Shown here piece by piece: positions 12,940 through 26,134 of a stretch of DNA of 64,000 nt (positions are counted from its first letter, which is position 1; the number at the start of each line of letters is the position of its first letter). The stretch comes from Octopus sinensis. Taxonomy: Eukaryota. The notes beneath the pieces are model-generated. The model was not told where the DNA came from and searched no databases. It saw only the letters and a program-made list of their open reading frames with translations. A program made the position numbers and the translations under genes. The stretch is from contig NC_042999.1 of the NCBI RefSeq assembly GCF_006345805.1, forward strand, positions 9,486,001 through 9,550,000. The letters run 5' to 3'.

Positions 12940-13748
12940 AGAGCTAAGTCAATTACAACAACCCCAGTGGCCAACTGGTGCATAGTTAGAGAGCCCTAAA
13001 GGACGACAGGCTAATCAGCATCGGCGGCATCTGAACTGAGAACGTAAGCCCGGAAGAAATGTCGCTAAGCATCTTAACCGACTTGATAACCGTACTTCTT
13101 GTTCACCATCTTACTACTACTGCTGCTACGACGACGACGACCACCACCAATAATAATAATAATCCTTTCTACTATAGGTACAAGGCCTGAAGTTTGGGGG
13201 ATTGGGGCCAGTCGATTAGATCTACTCCAGTACACAACTGGTACTTAATTTATCGACCCCGAAAGGATGAGAGGTAAAGTCCACCTCGGCGGAACTATTA
13301 CTACTACTAATAATAATAATCCTTTCTACTAAAGGCACAAGGCCTAATATTTTGGGTGGAAGACAGAAAGTCAATCACATCGACCCGAGTGGTTCACTGG
13401 TGCTTAACTTATCGACCCCCGAAAGGATGAAGGACAAAGTCGACCTCAGCGGAATTTGAACTCAGAACATAATGACGGGTATAATACCGCCAAGCATTTT
13501 GCCCGGCGGGCTAACAATTCGATCAGCTTGCCCTGCTTTCAAATTTTAGCACTAGGGTAATAATTGTATAGAAGGGGTAATTCGATTACATCGACAACCT
13601 CCCACCAGTGCACGACTGGTACTTATTTTATCGATCCCGAAAGTTTGAAAGGCAAATTGAACTTATAAGTAAAGATGTACGAAAAGCGACTAAGCGTTTT
13701 GCCAGGCGGGCTACGATTTTGCCAGCTCGCCCCGCCTTAAGAAGGATG

Positions 13749-13791
<43 letters not shown>

Positions 13792-16700
13792 CCATTTCTA
13801 TAGGCACAAGGCCTGAAATATTTGAGGAGGGGGCTAGTCGATTACATCGACCCCGGCGGAATTTGAACTCAGAACGTAAGGACGGGCGAAATACCGCAAA
13901 GCATTTTGCCCGGCGTGCTAACGATTCTGCCAGGTCACCACTTTAACAATGATGATGATGAGGAGGATTTTACACACAGTTAAAACTAACGGCCCTTTTA
14001 GCTAAAACCAGAACCTTAAGCTTGACGCTTTCATACCCACCACATACCCGCTTTATGACCTTCGTAGTCCCAACAAAATAACAACTCATACAAGACATAC
14101 TACACATAATTGTTTCTGCTATGGACTGAAGGACAGAAAATTTTGTGGGGTGCGGGTGGGGGTCAGGTCCATTATATCAACCCCAGTGTTCCACTGGTAC
14201 CTAGTTTGTCCCGAAAGGATGAAAGGCGAAAACAACCACAGTTGAATTTGAACTCAGAATGTAAAGAACTGGAAGAAATGTCGCTAAGCATTTTGGTCCG
14301 AAGGGTCAACGATTCTTACCCCCCCCCCCCGATCACATATTTGGTCCTCCGTCAGTTACGACGACAAGTATTCCAGTTGATCCGATCAACGGGACAGCCT
14401 GCACGTGAAATTAAGTTCGCGAGTGGCAGAGCGCTCCGTAGACACGTGTACCTTTGATGTAGTTCTCAAAGAGAGTCAGCGTGACCCAAGATGTGACAAA
14501 GCTGAGCCCCTTTGAATACAGGTACAATACATTTTTGCCAGGTGAGTAGACTGTAACAACGTGAAATAAACCGTCTTGCTGAAAGCGAATCGAACTCCCT
14601 ACGTTATGATCGTCAACCGAAAACCCGAACCACTGAGTCACGTGCCTTAACACACATTCTACATAATGGTCGCCCAATAATCCACCGACGCACACAGCTT
14701 GTACGTCCAACCGGACAGCATGATACATACTTTACATAATTAACATCCGCCATTACAACACAACTCTTGTAACACTGTAAATACTATTGTGTAGATCTCC
14801 AATAATTATTATACCACACAGGACCATCTCTCCACCCCCACAGTACCCATAACGCACAGTGTTTATACACATCCATATCCAATATAACGATACAATACAT
14901 TTATTTTTACGTATTCAACTCCCGATATTGTCACACATTCCATACAAACATTACGCAACGCAAGGGAAATAGTCACTAACCAACAGACCAACACATCCGC
15001 AATATTGCATATATTCATCACAATAAACAGACGAAACATTAAAGTATCACCAGAAGCAACGAAACGATTACAACAACAAAGAAAAACCAAAATGCCGGAT
15101 ACAGAGACAGCTCTAACCGTCTCGAACGCCAAAAACTGCAGAAGATTCCAGGCCACGGAAATTGCGTCTGGTTGTACAAAAAAAAACTGGCAGGAAATCT
15201 TTGGAGACAAATATTGGCCTCGAATTTTGGCACAAGGCCAGCAGTTTCAAGGGAGGGGTTAATTCGGTGACATCGACCCCCATTTCCCGGCTGGTACGTA
15301 TTTTATCGACTTCGGCGGAATTTGAACTCTGAACGTTAAAGACGGTGAAGTGCCGCTAAGCCAGCTGTTCCCAACGTCTCTGCACTCGCGACCCCTTACC
15401 CAGCTACCCATGACTATGAGCAGAGCATGAGAAATGAAATTGATGAGCTGAAACTAATATTACACCAAGCCACTTCCAGCAAGGCTACGCGAACCCCTGC
15501 TAAGGTTTCGTGAACCCTACCCCACCCCCAGGGATTCGGAGGAATATCCGGTTGGGAACCCCTGCGCTGAGCATTTAGCCTGGTATGCTAACGATTCTTT
15601 TCTACTCAAGGCACAAGGCCCGAAATTTTGGGGGAGGGGCCAGTCGATTAGATCGACCAAGTAGGCAACTGGTACTTAATTTATCCGTCCCGAAAGCATG
15701 AAAGGCAAAGTCGACCTCGGCGGAATTTGAACTCAGAACGTAACGCCAACGAAATACGGCTAAGCATTTCGCCCGGCGTGCTAACGTTTCTGTCAACACT
15801 CCAACATTGTTCGAAACAAAATAAGAATTTTTCGCCGAAGAAGAAAATCATAAAACCGGCTGCTTTAAATTCACCTCAGTATTTGACTGGTACTTTATTT
15901 GATCGACCTTATTCAGATAAAAAAACAAAGGTTGTCCGGTTGAGATTTGAACTCATAACGTAACGAATCACAATTTTATCCGATGTTCTAACGATTCTTC
16001 CATGATACAAACTGATTCTAATTTAGGCAGGAGGTCAACAATTTCAGGGGGAGAGGTTTTACTCAATACCATCGATCTCACTACTTCTATGGTTCTATAT
16101 ATAGTCGACCCTGTAAAGATGAAAGGCAGTTTTAGCCTCAGAACATAAAGACATAAATGTTGTTAAGTATTCTGCCCGTTTGTTAGAGGAATATTGCGAA
16201 GAACATGCATTTCTCTTTACAAAGAAAAGGGATTGATTCCAACAGAACCGGCGATTCTGATCAGCAGCAACTTACAAACTTTCGTAATCACGATAATTCA
16301 GGCCAATGTTTATTTACATAGCTACCACGTGTTGTATTGGCAACTGGAAACGGTTAATAATGTAACCTTCTTGTGTTTTGCAACCTATTTAATCGATTAC
16401 CGTTCTTCATTTGTATCGAATATGCCTTCCGCCATCAAAATATAAATAATAATAATAATAATAATAAAATAACTGCTATTGATTTCGGTATGAGAACAGG
16501 AGTTCTGAGCGGAGACTATTAGTCGATATTATCGACTTCCATACCTGATTTATTTGATGGGGTGGGGGATGGCAGATTTGAACTCAAAACGTAAAGTGCT
16601 GGAACAAATCAAGCTAAATTTCTCCGATGTTCTAACTGCTCTGCCAATCTTCCATCCATAATGTAATAATAGAAAATAAGATGGGACTGGCACGGTTAGA

Positions 16701-18295
16701 AAGTTTGTGACTTGTTCCAATAGAGTTTTATTTCCAACACTGACAGGAATACTTCGTTCACAGAGACCCTCATTTCAATGACAGAGGATATTAATTAGGG
16801 GAAAATATGCAGCCGAGGATTAGGTTGTCAATGGGATATAAAAAACGAAAATGGAAGGCTAGATCTCCATCAAAGAATGAAGTGAAAATCTCTAAAAACA
16901 AAACTTAAATATTAATTTCAAATTTTGGAACGAAGCCAGCAAGTTCGGCCGGAGGGGACTAAGTCGATTACGTCGACCCCACAAGGCTCAATTGGTACTT
17001 ATTTTATTGGCCCCGAAAGGATAAAACAGCGGATTTTAAACCCTGAACATAAAGACGGACGAAATGCCGCTAAGCATTCTGCTCGGAGTCCCACCGATTC
17101 TGCCAGTTCGTTATTTAGACAAGACTTAAATATTACGAAGACGGTTATACCAAGGTCAAACCTAATCTGCAACCCTTCCGTCTCCTAGATTTCATTGTTA
17201 CATGTCCACGAATTTGTAGAGGGTTCGACTAAATATATTCTCGTATGTTTTATCGATCTTGAAGAAAAGAAAGACGAAATAAATCTAGATCAGATTCGAA
17301 CTCGAACGAAACTAAGGCATTTAGGCCAACTCTATACGTTCAAACATCTACAGCCTTCTTAATAATTATTATTCCAGATTTTGACATAAGGCCAGCAATT
17401 TTAATGGAGGGAACAAGTCGATTAAATCGACCCCAGTTCCCAGCAAGTACTTTAACGACACCGAAAAGATGAAAGGCAAAGTTGAACTCGGCAGGATTTG
17501 AACTGTGATCGTGAAGAGCTGGAATCTCAAAAATAACGGCAGGGGTCTGTACCGCTGTTACAACTTCATGGTGTGTAATTATTTTAATCAAACTCCCACA
17601 TTTAATTTTGTCTTATTGACCCCAAAATGATGAAAAGCAACATATACTCTGGCGAAAAGGTAGTCCAAATATATTGGGAACAAATTTAGTTTCTTCCTTC
17701 CTTCGGTTCCACTGAAGACGTAGAGGGATCGTCGTGATAAACGATGTGTCTGTTGGTTATAGTGAAACTTGGAAAATTTTAGTTCCAAAAAGTAAATACT
17801 TCTACCATGTATTGCCCTCTCAATAATAATACTTCTTCCTATTTTGGGGCAGCACATGGCCATGCATTTGGAGATGCCGGGGCAGCACTTGAATGGTACT
17901 GGTTTCAAATACCATTTTCAAATTTTGGAACAAGGCCAGCAATTCCGGTTCGCGGGAATAACTCGATTATATCGAATCCTGATATTTTATTTCCTTGGCC
18001 CCTGAAAGAGTTAAAAGCAAAGTAGATCTCAGCGGAATCTGAACGCAGAAAGTAAAAAACCGAAGGGAATGCAGTTAAGTATTTTGTCCGACAGTCTAAC
18101 AATTCTTTCCACTATGGGTCAAAGGTGTGACATTTTTTTGGGAAGGGGCCAGACAATTAGACCGACCTAAGGGCTCAATCGGTGCTTATTTTATCGAAAG
18201 GATGAAAGGTAAAGTCAACCTTTGAATTCAGAACGCAAAGCCGGACAAAATGCCGCTAAGCAGTTTATCCGGCGTGATAATAATTCTGTCAGCCT
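12940..18295 (-). mobile_element. Cluster of about 15 SINE family B copies, all on the minus strand
   Basis: Recurrent GAAAGGATGAAAGG and GAATTTGAACTCAGAAC on + at about 13.0, 13.2, 13.4, 13.6, 13.85, 14.2, 15.3, 15.7, 15.9, 16.1, 16.55, 17.0, 17.45, 18.0 and 18.2 kb. Confidence 0.85.
14345..14650 (-). mobile_element. SINE family C, diverged
   Basis: Collinear with 37431-37757. Confidence 0.8.
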
Positions 18296-18980
18296 TATAA
18301 TAATAATATCATTTTATTTTATTGGCTATGAGGATCGAATGCGTTAAAGAGGGAGCACAAAACAACGAATGAGAAACAAAAGGGTGTTCACATGAAGTAC
18401 AAGGGTGAGAACAACAATACAAAGATATATGGCAATTGAGAATTTCTTTAACTATGAAGGGGTTCCCCAAATATTAAGGACGTAACAGAATGACACAAAA
18501 CATTATGGTGTGATGAAGGGTCATTTGTAGGCGCGTAAACAGAATAACAAAAAGAAAGAAACAAAACAAAAAAATCATCAGAAAATTCCACAACAGCGGG
18601 GATACTTCCAAAGCTGCTCAGAAAAATCCCACAAAAATCTCTCCTATCCTCCTCCCTTAATTTATATGCAAGAAGAAGGAACAGCAATAATAATAATATA
18701 GCATAATAGAAAGCGAACAAATATGTCCAAGGAAAAGGATCTGCAAATGGGGAGTAACGACATAGGTTAATTCCGGACACTACATGCAACATCAAGGTAC
18801 CCCAATATACCAAAAGCAGGTACGTTCTCCCAGTTTTTGCTCTTAGCCCACAGCCGCGTATTTAGTGCTGGCCCCCACCTAACCCTCCTAATTTCATCAT
18901 TTTAATCCATCACAAAATTTACCGAATGGCAACACACCCCTCTCTGCGCACACTTTTGGTTCGCGCTAATGAAATTACTA

Positions 18981-19186
18981 TTTACTCTTTTACTTGTTTC
19001 AGTCATTTGACTGCGGCCATTCTGGAGCACCGCCTTTAGTCGAGCAAATCGACCCCGGGACTTATTCTTTTGTAAGCCCAGTACTTATTCTATCGGTCTC
19101 TTTTGCTGAACCGCTAAGTAACGGGGACATAAACACACCAGCATCGGTTGTCAAGCAATGCTAGGGGGACAAACACAGACACACAA

Positions 19187-19217
<31 letters not shown>

Positions 19218-19388
19218 CATATATACGACAGGCTTCTTTCAGTTTCCGTCTACCAAATCCACTCACAAGGCTTTGGTCAGCCCGAGGCTAATGTAGAAGA
19301 CACTTGCCCAAGGTGCCACGCAGTGAGACTGAACCCGGAACCATGTGGTTGGTAAGCAAGCTACTTACCACACAGCCACTCCTGCGCC
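18981..19388 (-). mobile_element. SINE family A, full length, about 100 bp inside the globin intron
   Basis: Reverse complement of 2889-3322. Confidence 0.9.
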
Positions 19389-19490
19389 TCAACGTATAAG
19401 TTGTCAATTATAATTGTTTGTTTTTTTTTTGTACAGCAAATAGCGAAGTTGATGAAGAAAAAATTATTTTGGAAATAAATCGCTACAGAC

Positions 19491-19702
19491 CTTATAAACA
19501 TCTCCACTCCAGTCGTTTCCATGTTTCGTTTAATCCCTTTCCAAGACTGCTTCAGTTTGAAAATATCTCGAGCATTGAGCGGAAGCCGGGGATCGACCTG
19601 GGGTATGGCGCTCTCCACACTATTAGGATCCTGGCAAACATTGCTCTTCCTTCTTTCGGTTAAATTTGGACCACACTGTTCTTTCGATTCTCGACAACCC
19701 AT
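19491..19702 (-). CDS. First coding exon of an N-acylated neuroglobin-like / globin X-like globin
   Basis: MGCRESKEQC...PQVDPRLPLNARDIFKLKQSWKGIKRNMETTGVEMFIR: A-helix SW, B-helix MFIR. The 212 nt are 70 codons plus 2 nt, ending AG|GTCTGT, which is the conserved globin B12.2 intron position. Gly2/Cys3 acylation motif. Confidence 0.88.
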
Positions 19703-20369
19703 AATTCTTTGCTTTTTTTTTTTTTTTTTTTTCAACAATAATATCAAACTCTGCTGGTACTACTACTATAACTTACAAATAATTTTTTTAGAAATATTTG
19801 AAATAAAATATAACAAATTAAAACAACTGAATAAATAAACTTTTTTTTTTTTTCAAATTAAAAGCTAATTATGCTTTCCTGTTTTTCTCTTTTTATAATT
19901 ATTTTATCAATAAACACAAACTTTTTTCCACATCGGCTCGTTGGGACCGGTTTCCAACTTATTAAATTTGGTATATCCAGCAGCAAGAATTCGACGTATA
20001 TGTGTGTGATTATAGAAGATATATATATATGTATGTGTGTGTGTGTATGCCGGTGTCTTATACAAGATATGTCCAACTATAAGATATATACATTCGCACG
20101 CTCACCTGTCCCTATGTGTTTTCTGTAACTGCGAGTGGTGTTGCTTGTATGTAAATATAACTTTATTTATTCATGATCTTACACGTGTGTGTGTGTGTGT
20201 GTGTGTGTGATTAAATGTGTAGATTTGTGATGTTTGTTTCACTGTAAATCCTTGTTCGATTGATTTTTAATTATAATTATTTTAATTAATATTAATTATT
20301 ATTGTTTCGTTTAATTTTCTTGATTTTATTCTTGGTCTATAAGTTGGTTTGGTAAGCTATACACACACG

Positions 20370-20423
<54 letters not shown>

Positions 20424-20975
20424 AATAGAAGGATGTGTAAAGCTATTATATAGTTGTGTGTATATATATGTATTTGTGTGTTTGTATGTTTATGTTTATG
20501 TGTGTGTGTATCTGTGCGTGTGAGTGTTTGTAATTATATATACAGTCTTCAATAACAACTTGTATATGTATGTATGTATGTATGTATTATATATATATAT
20601 TTACAATCTAATTGCTTGGGCCTAATTAGCCCCACTTCTAATCATTTTAGATAGAACGAGGAAGAACAGTGAAAATATGGAGAAAAAAAAGACGCGAAAG
20701 AAAATGAAAATAAAATTGGCGGCGTCGAAGGCGGCGTGAGGCCGTGTGTTGGTGTTGCTGTCAGTGAGACTAATAGTGAGAAGAGAGAATATTTTGACTA
20801 TAAATGATATAAGCTTGCCGCTGATACAGAAAGAACTGTAAGAGGCGGGGGGGAGGAGGAGGAGAGGAAAAAGCGTGGAAGCCTGTTGTTATAGACAGCA
20901 GTCGTGTAATGGCTGATGAGGAGTAAATAAATAAGAGAAGATCACCGAGGGGGGGGGGGTGAGTGCGGGAAGAGT

Positions 20976-20984
20976 CTTTATATA
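20976..20984 (-). promoter_or_regulatory. Candidate TATA box (TATATAAAG) for the globin gene
   Basis: Minus-strand TATATAAAG in unique sequence about 1.28 kb upstream of the ATG, followed by a CpG-containing tract at 20715-20750. Positional inference only. Confidence 0.3.
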
Positions 20985-21398
20985 ACTGGTTGGTAAAGGA
21001 AGGGGGAGTGTTTGATAGAGAGTGAGTGAGAGGAGGAGGAGTAAGAGACAGAAATAAAGAGAGGGGCAAGTATATGAGGAAAGTAACTGTTGCGTATGTG
21101 TGTGTGTGTACATGTGTTGTTTTTTTAGCACCAGGTCAGACTCGATCACGCAAACCCTACGATCCAGAGCAGAGAATCCATTATAACATTATCCAACGAG
21201 TCCCCTTGTACTAAAGCGACGGGGCGTGATATGAGAAAGATTTAGCTGCTGTTTCTTACAAGTCAAGTGATTCCGTAGAGGACCCCTTTCGATCCCTCCG
21301 ATCCGACGGGTTGAGTCTAAGTGTGAAAATGGAATTAAGAGATTGACACGTAATCATGCAAAGAGGGAGAGGGAGGAGCAAGTGGATATAGAGTTAGT

Positions 21399-21400
21399 GA

Positions 21401-21452
<52 letters not shown>

Positions 21453-21455
21453 AAA

Positions 21456-21490
<35 letters not shown>

Positions 21491-21674
21491 GGGTATATAG
21501 TGAAAACAGCCTCAAAGTGAGAGAGTGAGAGAGAGAGAGAGAAAAATAGAGAGCTTGATTGATTCAGAGGGAGAAAGAGACAGAAGGGATAAAGAAGTGG
21601 GAGGGAAAAAGCGGAGAGATGAAAAAATGCGATGTAAATAACAAATAGATAAATACAGAGAGAAAGTGTGTGGC

Positions 21675-21705
<31 letters not shown>

Positions 21706-21860
21706 AAAGAAAAATGTAGGAGGTATATAGAAATAGATTGAGAAAGAGGAGAGAGAGAGTGGAATAAAAAGAGACAGAGTAAGAATAAGGGGGAGGAGGG
21801 GAGGAGGGAAAGAGGCAGAGCGAAGAGATAAAGGAAAGTGGTTGACGAAGAGGGAGAAGA
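21399..21860. repeat. (GAAA)n, (GA)n and purine-rich tract
   Basis: About 20 GAAA units at 21399-21488 followed by GA-rich sequence. Confidence 0.9.
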
Positions 21861-22200
21861 GCTAAGAGTTCCGACGGAAATCAATGAAGAGATCAATTGG
21901 ATGAACAAATATTGTTAACAATTACATCGAGCTAGAGTCACGTTAGTCATTTAAAATACACACACACAAAATAAAAATAATGTATATACCATTATTCCTT
22001 TTTGCTTTATTTTGTGATAATATTATTTATTGTTATCTAAGTCTTTCCTATGACGTGGTTACTATCATTTTATCCGAATGGTTCCCAAATAGTGCAGCAC
22101 GAATTATTAAAAAGTATATTCGATATCTTTCGGAAATATATACTAACGCAGGAGCTTCTTGAAAAAAAAATCTTGTTATATTTTTCTTATATTGTACATA

Positions 22201-22750
22201 CGAGGGTGAATCAAAAAGTAATGCCATTTTGTTTAGGGCAGGAATAATTACCAACACAGGAACATGTATCATACATCAAAATGGAGCTGGTACTCTGTGG
22301 ATCACATCCCTACTTCTCAACATAGTCACCGTTTCTCTCAATAGCAATGTTCCACCTTCGAATGAGAGCATGTATCCCTGCCCCGTAAAATTCTGTTGAC
22401 TGTTCTTTGAGCCACTTCTTCACTACAGTTTTCACTTCCTCGTCACTGAACTATCTATCATCTCTTCGGGCCCATGAAAGAGGGTTTGAGAGGCAAACGT
22501 TATTCCGGTGACGAGGAAATGGAAACTGTAGTGAAGAAGTGGCTCAAAGAACAGTCAACAGAATTTTACAGGGCAGGAATACATGCTCTCATTCGAAGGT
22601 GGAATATTGCTATTGAGAGAAACGGTGACTATGTTGAGAAGTAGGAATGTGATCCACAGAGGAGCAGCTTCATTTTGATGTATGATACATGTTCCTGTGT
22701 TGGTAATACCTGTCCTAAACAAAATGGCGTTACTTTTTCACTCAGCCTCG
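22201..22750 (+). mobile_element. Non-autonomous mariner (Tc1/mariner) fold-back element with about 245-bp inverted arms and TA TSD
   Basis: TA|CGAGGGTGAATCAAAAAGTAATGCC...GGCGTTACTTTTTCACTCAGCCTCG|TA; 22462-22644 encodes LFGPMKEGLRGKRYSGDEEMETVVKKWLKEQSTEFYRAGIHALIRRWNIAIERNGDYVEK*, a mariner transposase C-terminus. Confidence 0.92.
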
Positions 22751-24172
22751 TAAATTTGATTAACAGAACAAGGTATGCTACAGTTTTTTATTTCTTCAAT
22801 AATCTTAACTTTAAATGATCATTTCATCTTAAAGCTTCCATGCTATATGTAACAGTGATTATATATTTGATCTCCAGTGCTTCGCAAAGTAAAAAGAATT
22901 GAGGACCACCGCCCTACCTCAGTGACACATTCAAACAGTGTATCAGTGCGATATAGAGTTATATGGAAAGGCGTATTTTAGTGAAACAGTGGAATAGGAA
23001 GTCCGTGAGCAGGTCACAGATGTACGATGAATAACTACGATAATCTGTAATAAAGGGGAATACAAGCATTGTGTGTATGCGTGCCTATGTGTTTGTGTGT
23101 GTGTGTTTCAAATGGTTGTCATATTCCTACCGGTTTCAACTCTAGTTCATTCAACTCATTAACTAAGCAGTTATAACTCCAATTTTTTTATAAATACAAA
23201 TAAAGGTGATCTGTAAACCAATCGAAAACTCTAACAAGGATGTTATTGTTGTTGTTGATATCTAGCTTCTTGTTACTTGATGATGGAGCAGAGTCAAGGT
23301 CGACGGTGTTCTGTCCTTGACCATCGTATCGCTTTTCAGACCGCCTATCAGTAACTACTTCCTCTAATAGCTTAGGACGTGAATTATTTGGGATTTTGTT
23401 TAACCCTACATCAGTACTGATTCAGTAAAACTATAATCAAAGAAGCACTGCGCCATGACCATCACATCCTTTTGTCAGATATAATTTATTGGAACGAAAT
23501 TATCGATGAACTTTCTTTTTAACAAGCATTAAATCAGGTGACGAGACAAAAAAGAAATGGTAAAAAGAAACACTATTCTTTCTAATAATAATAATTCTTT
23601 CTCTTTTGGTAAAAAGCCAATAATTTTGAAGAGGGAGGAAGTATGTCGATTACGTCGACACCAGTATTTGACTGGTATTTTAAAATAACGACCCCAGAAA
23701 GTCATTGGCATTTGAAGTGAGAATATATTGCGGTTGAATGAAAGCCAGGCAGCATTATGTCCGACGGACCAACGATTCCGCTAAGTCGCCGCCTTTCTTA
23801 TTGATAAAATATGAGTGCAACCAGTTAACATTGTGCAGATGTGGTCAAGTGGTTAATACGAGCGACACAAATTCATGATAGAAACCAAGAAAACAGACTC
23901 AGTTGATTCACTCAGTGTTCGGTGGGTCCATAGTTCAGTATACTGGATCGACACTGGAATACATGTGTGTGAGGGTAGAGAGAAGGAGAATCTTGGATTG
24001 GTCTGACTTTGGAGCTAAATACGGTAATATGGTGGCAGAATATATTGTTGGTGTTATTCCATCGCGAGATAAAGGAGGAGTTCAATGCAAAGTCGAAATC
24101 TCTTTAATTTGAACTCTGAATTCAGTGGATTAAAAGCTAAATGTGATACTGAGTATTATTTTATTCATTAAT

Positions 24173-24395
24173 AAAGCGGCGAGCTGGCAGAAACGTTAGC
24201 ATGCCGGGCGAAATGCGTAGCTGTATTTCGTTTGCCGCTACGTTCTGAGTTCAAATTCCGCCGAGGTCGACTTTGCCTTTCATCCTTTCGGGGTCGATAA
24301 ATTAAGTACCAGTTGCACACTGGGGTCAATGTAATCGATTGGTCCCGTCCCCCAAAATTTCAGCCCTTGTGCCTATGGTACAAAGGATTATTATA
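24173..24395 (+). mobile_element. SINE family B
   Basis: AAGCGGCGAGCTGGCAGAAACG... through CCTTGTGCC...AAAGGATTATT. Confidence 0.9.
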
Positions 24396-25406
24396 ATTAA
24401 GGAGGTACCGTTAACACACTGCGGGGGAAATGCTCAGCGGCATTTCGTCCTCCGTTACGATCTGAGTTCAAATTTCGTCGGCATCGATAAAATAAGAACA
24501 AGTTGACTTTCTGGGGTCGTTATTTTAAAATACCAGTCAGATTCTGGTGTCGACGTAATCGACTTACTTTTTCCCTCTTCAAAATTATTGGCTTTTTACC
24601 AAAAGAGAAAGAATTATTATTATTACAAAGAATATTGTTTCTTTTTTTTAATTTTTTTTGTTTGTTTCGCCACCCGATTTAATGTTTGTTATTGGCCAAG
24701 GAATAGCGTTAAAGACATTCATTCTGTTATAGGTTTTCGAAGTAAAATCCCAGCAAAGGCTTTTCCTCCCCGCACCGACACAAATCCCCTCTTTTGGATG
24801 TCTCACGCGGAAAATAATGCTAAACTTCACTGGGCATTTTTTTCTTCTCTCCCCCAATATTGTTTGACGCCGATCTATTCAGGCTACCCTCTGTGTTTAA
24901 ACTCCACCCGGATTAACAGAGCAAAAGCAGAGTGATGTCGACGCTGTAACTCAGCTTTTTCAATGGGGCACCAACAATAAAGTCTCTCAGTCACTCTGGT
25001 TCAATATCTCCTCCCACCTTCCCCTAAATACATCTACTCAGTCCGCCTCTACTTTTACTCTTCCTTCTTCTACCAACCCTTACACTGTTCCTCTTCCTGC
25101 ACCATGACCCTAACCTAATTCATCGTCCTCAGTGATTTCAAGTTTCACAACCCTTCTTCTCTCCGGCGGCACTCATGGCACATCGAGGGCGTTGGCACAG
25201 AAACCAAATATTTCGCAAACATCTTTTCGTTGTAAGAATTAGTTTCGTTCCCCAATATTTATGTGTGGTCGATACACAAAACATTCCTATCTAGCAAGAT
25301 CTCTCTTTCTCTTCGGAAAGCCTTCAAGGTCCCTACACTGATAGGGTTGTCCAGTGCTATTCAATCTCAATTACTTCTCACCGCCATCACAACATCCATA
25401 TACTAT

Positions 25407-25707
25407 TTTGTTCCTTCTCGAGCCATGCCTGGCTCATAAGGGCCGGTTCCCCGCTTCCCTTGGCGTATAGGTTCCCCACCTGGACGGGACGCCGGTCCGT
25501 CGCAGGTGAGCAGCAAGATGCAGGAGGAAAGAGTGAGAGAAAGTTGTGGCGAAAGTGTCTGCAGAAGTTCGCCATTACCTTCTGCCGGAGTCGCGTGGAG
25601 CTTAGGTGTTTCGCTCATAAACACACATATCGCACGGTCTGAAATTCGAACCCCCGTTCCCTCGACCGCGAGTCCGCTGCTCTAACTACTAGGCCATCTG
25701 CCTCCAC
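25407..25707 (-). mobile_element. SINE family D
   Basis: Reverse complement of 30371-30673. Confidence 0.9.
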
Positions 25708-26134
25708 CCATATATACTATGGAATGTCTCTATTTCCCGGACTCTAACACTTCAAGTCAGCTGATCGGTCAGAGCTCCGCCAGGTCAATGCTATTCATGA
25801 AAGCGCATGCGCCTTACTACTGGCCCATCAGAGACAAATAAGTGGGTGACTGAAAGTATTTGCTAAGAAATGTCCTTCCACGACTCCTTCATGATCAAAT
25901 CCATTAGCCTCAAAATACCCAAATCTTTCTTCACTGCGATTTAACTATTCAAATAAAGAATAAGGCCAACAGCATTTTAAGGGACCACTGAACCGTATAA
26001 ACTGGACACTTTTACACCACCCGAAACATGAATGGTGTCCCAGTGCAGCGCTCAATCTGCCATCCATGTCAATCCTGTTGGTATCTTGCCAAAAGAATCA
26101 CTTCCATCTTAGTGGAATCCTCCTTTATTTAATA

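Noticed and set aside
1-19490. Candidate downstream globin exons, e.g. acceptor-like sites near 4945 and donor-like GTAAGT near 6306 and 16270
   Set aside because: None gave a frame with CD1 Phe or E7/F8 His patterns; a manual scan could miss short exons.
19361-19747. The 128-aa ORF as a complete protein
   Set aside because: Only 19491-19702 is globin-like; the rest is poly-A UTR and intron read-through.
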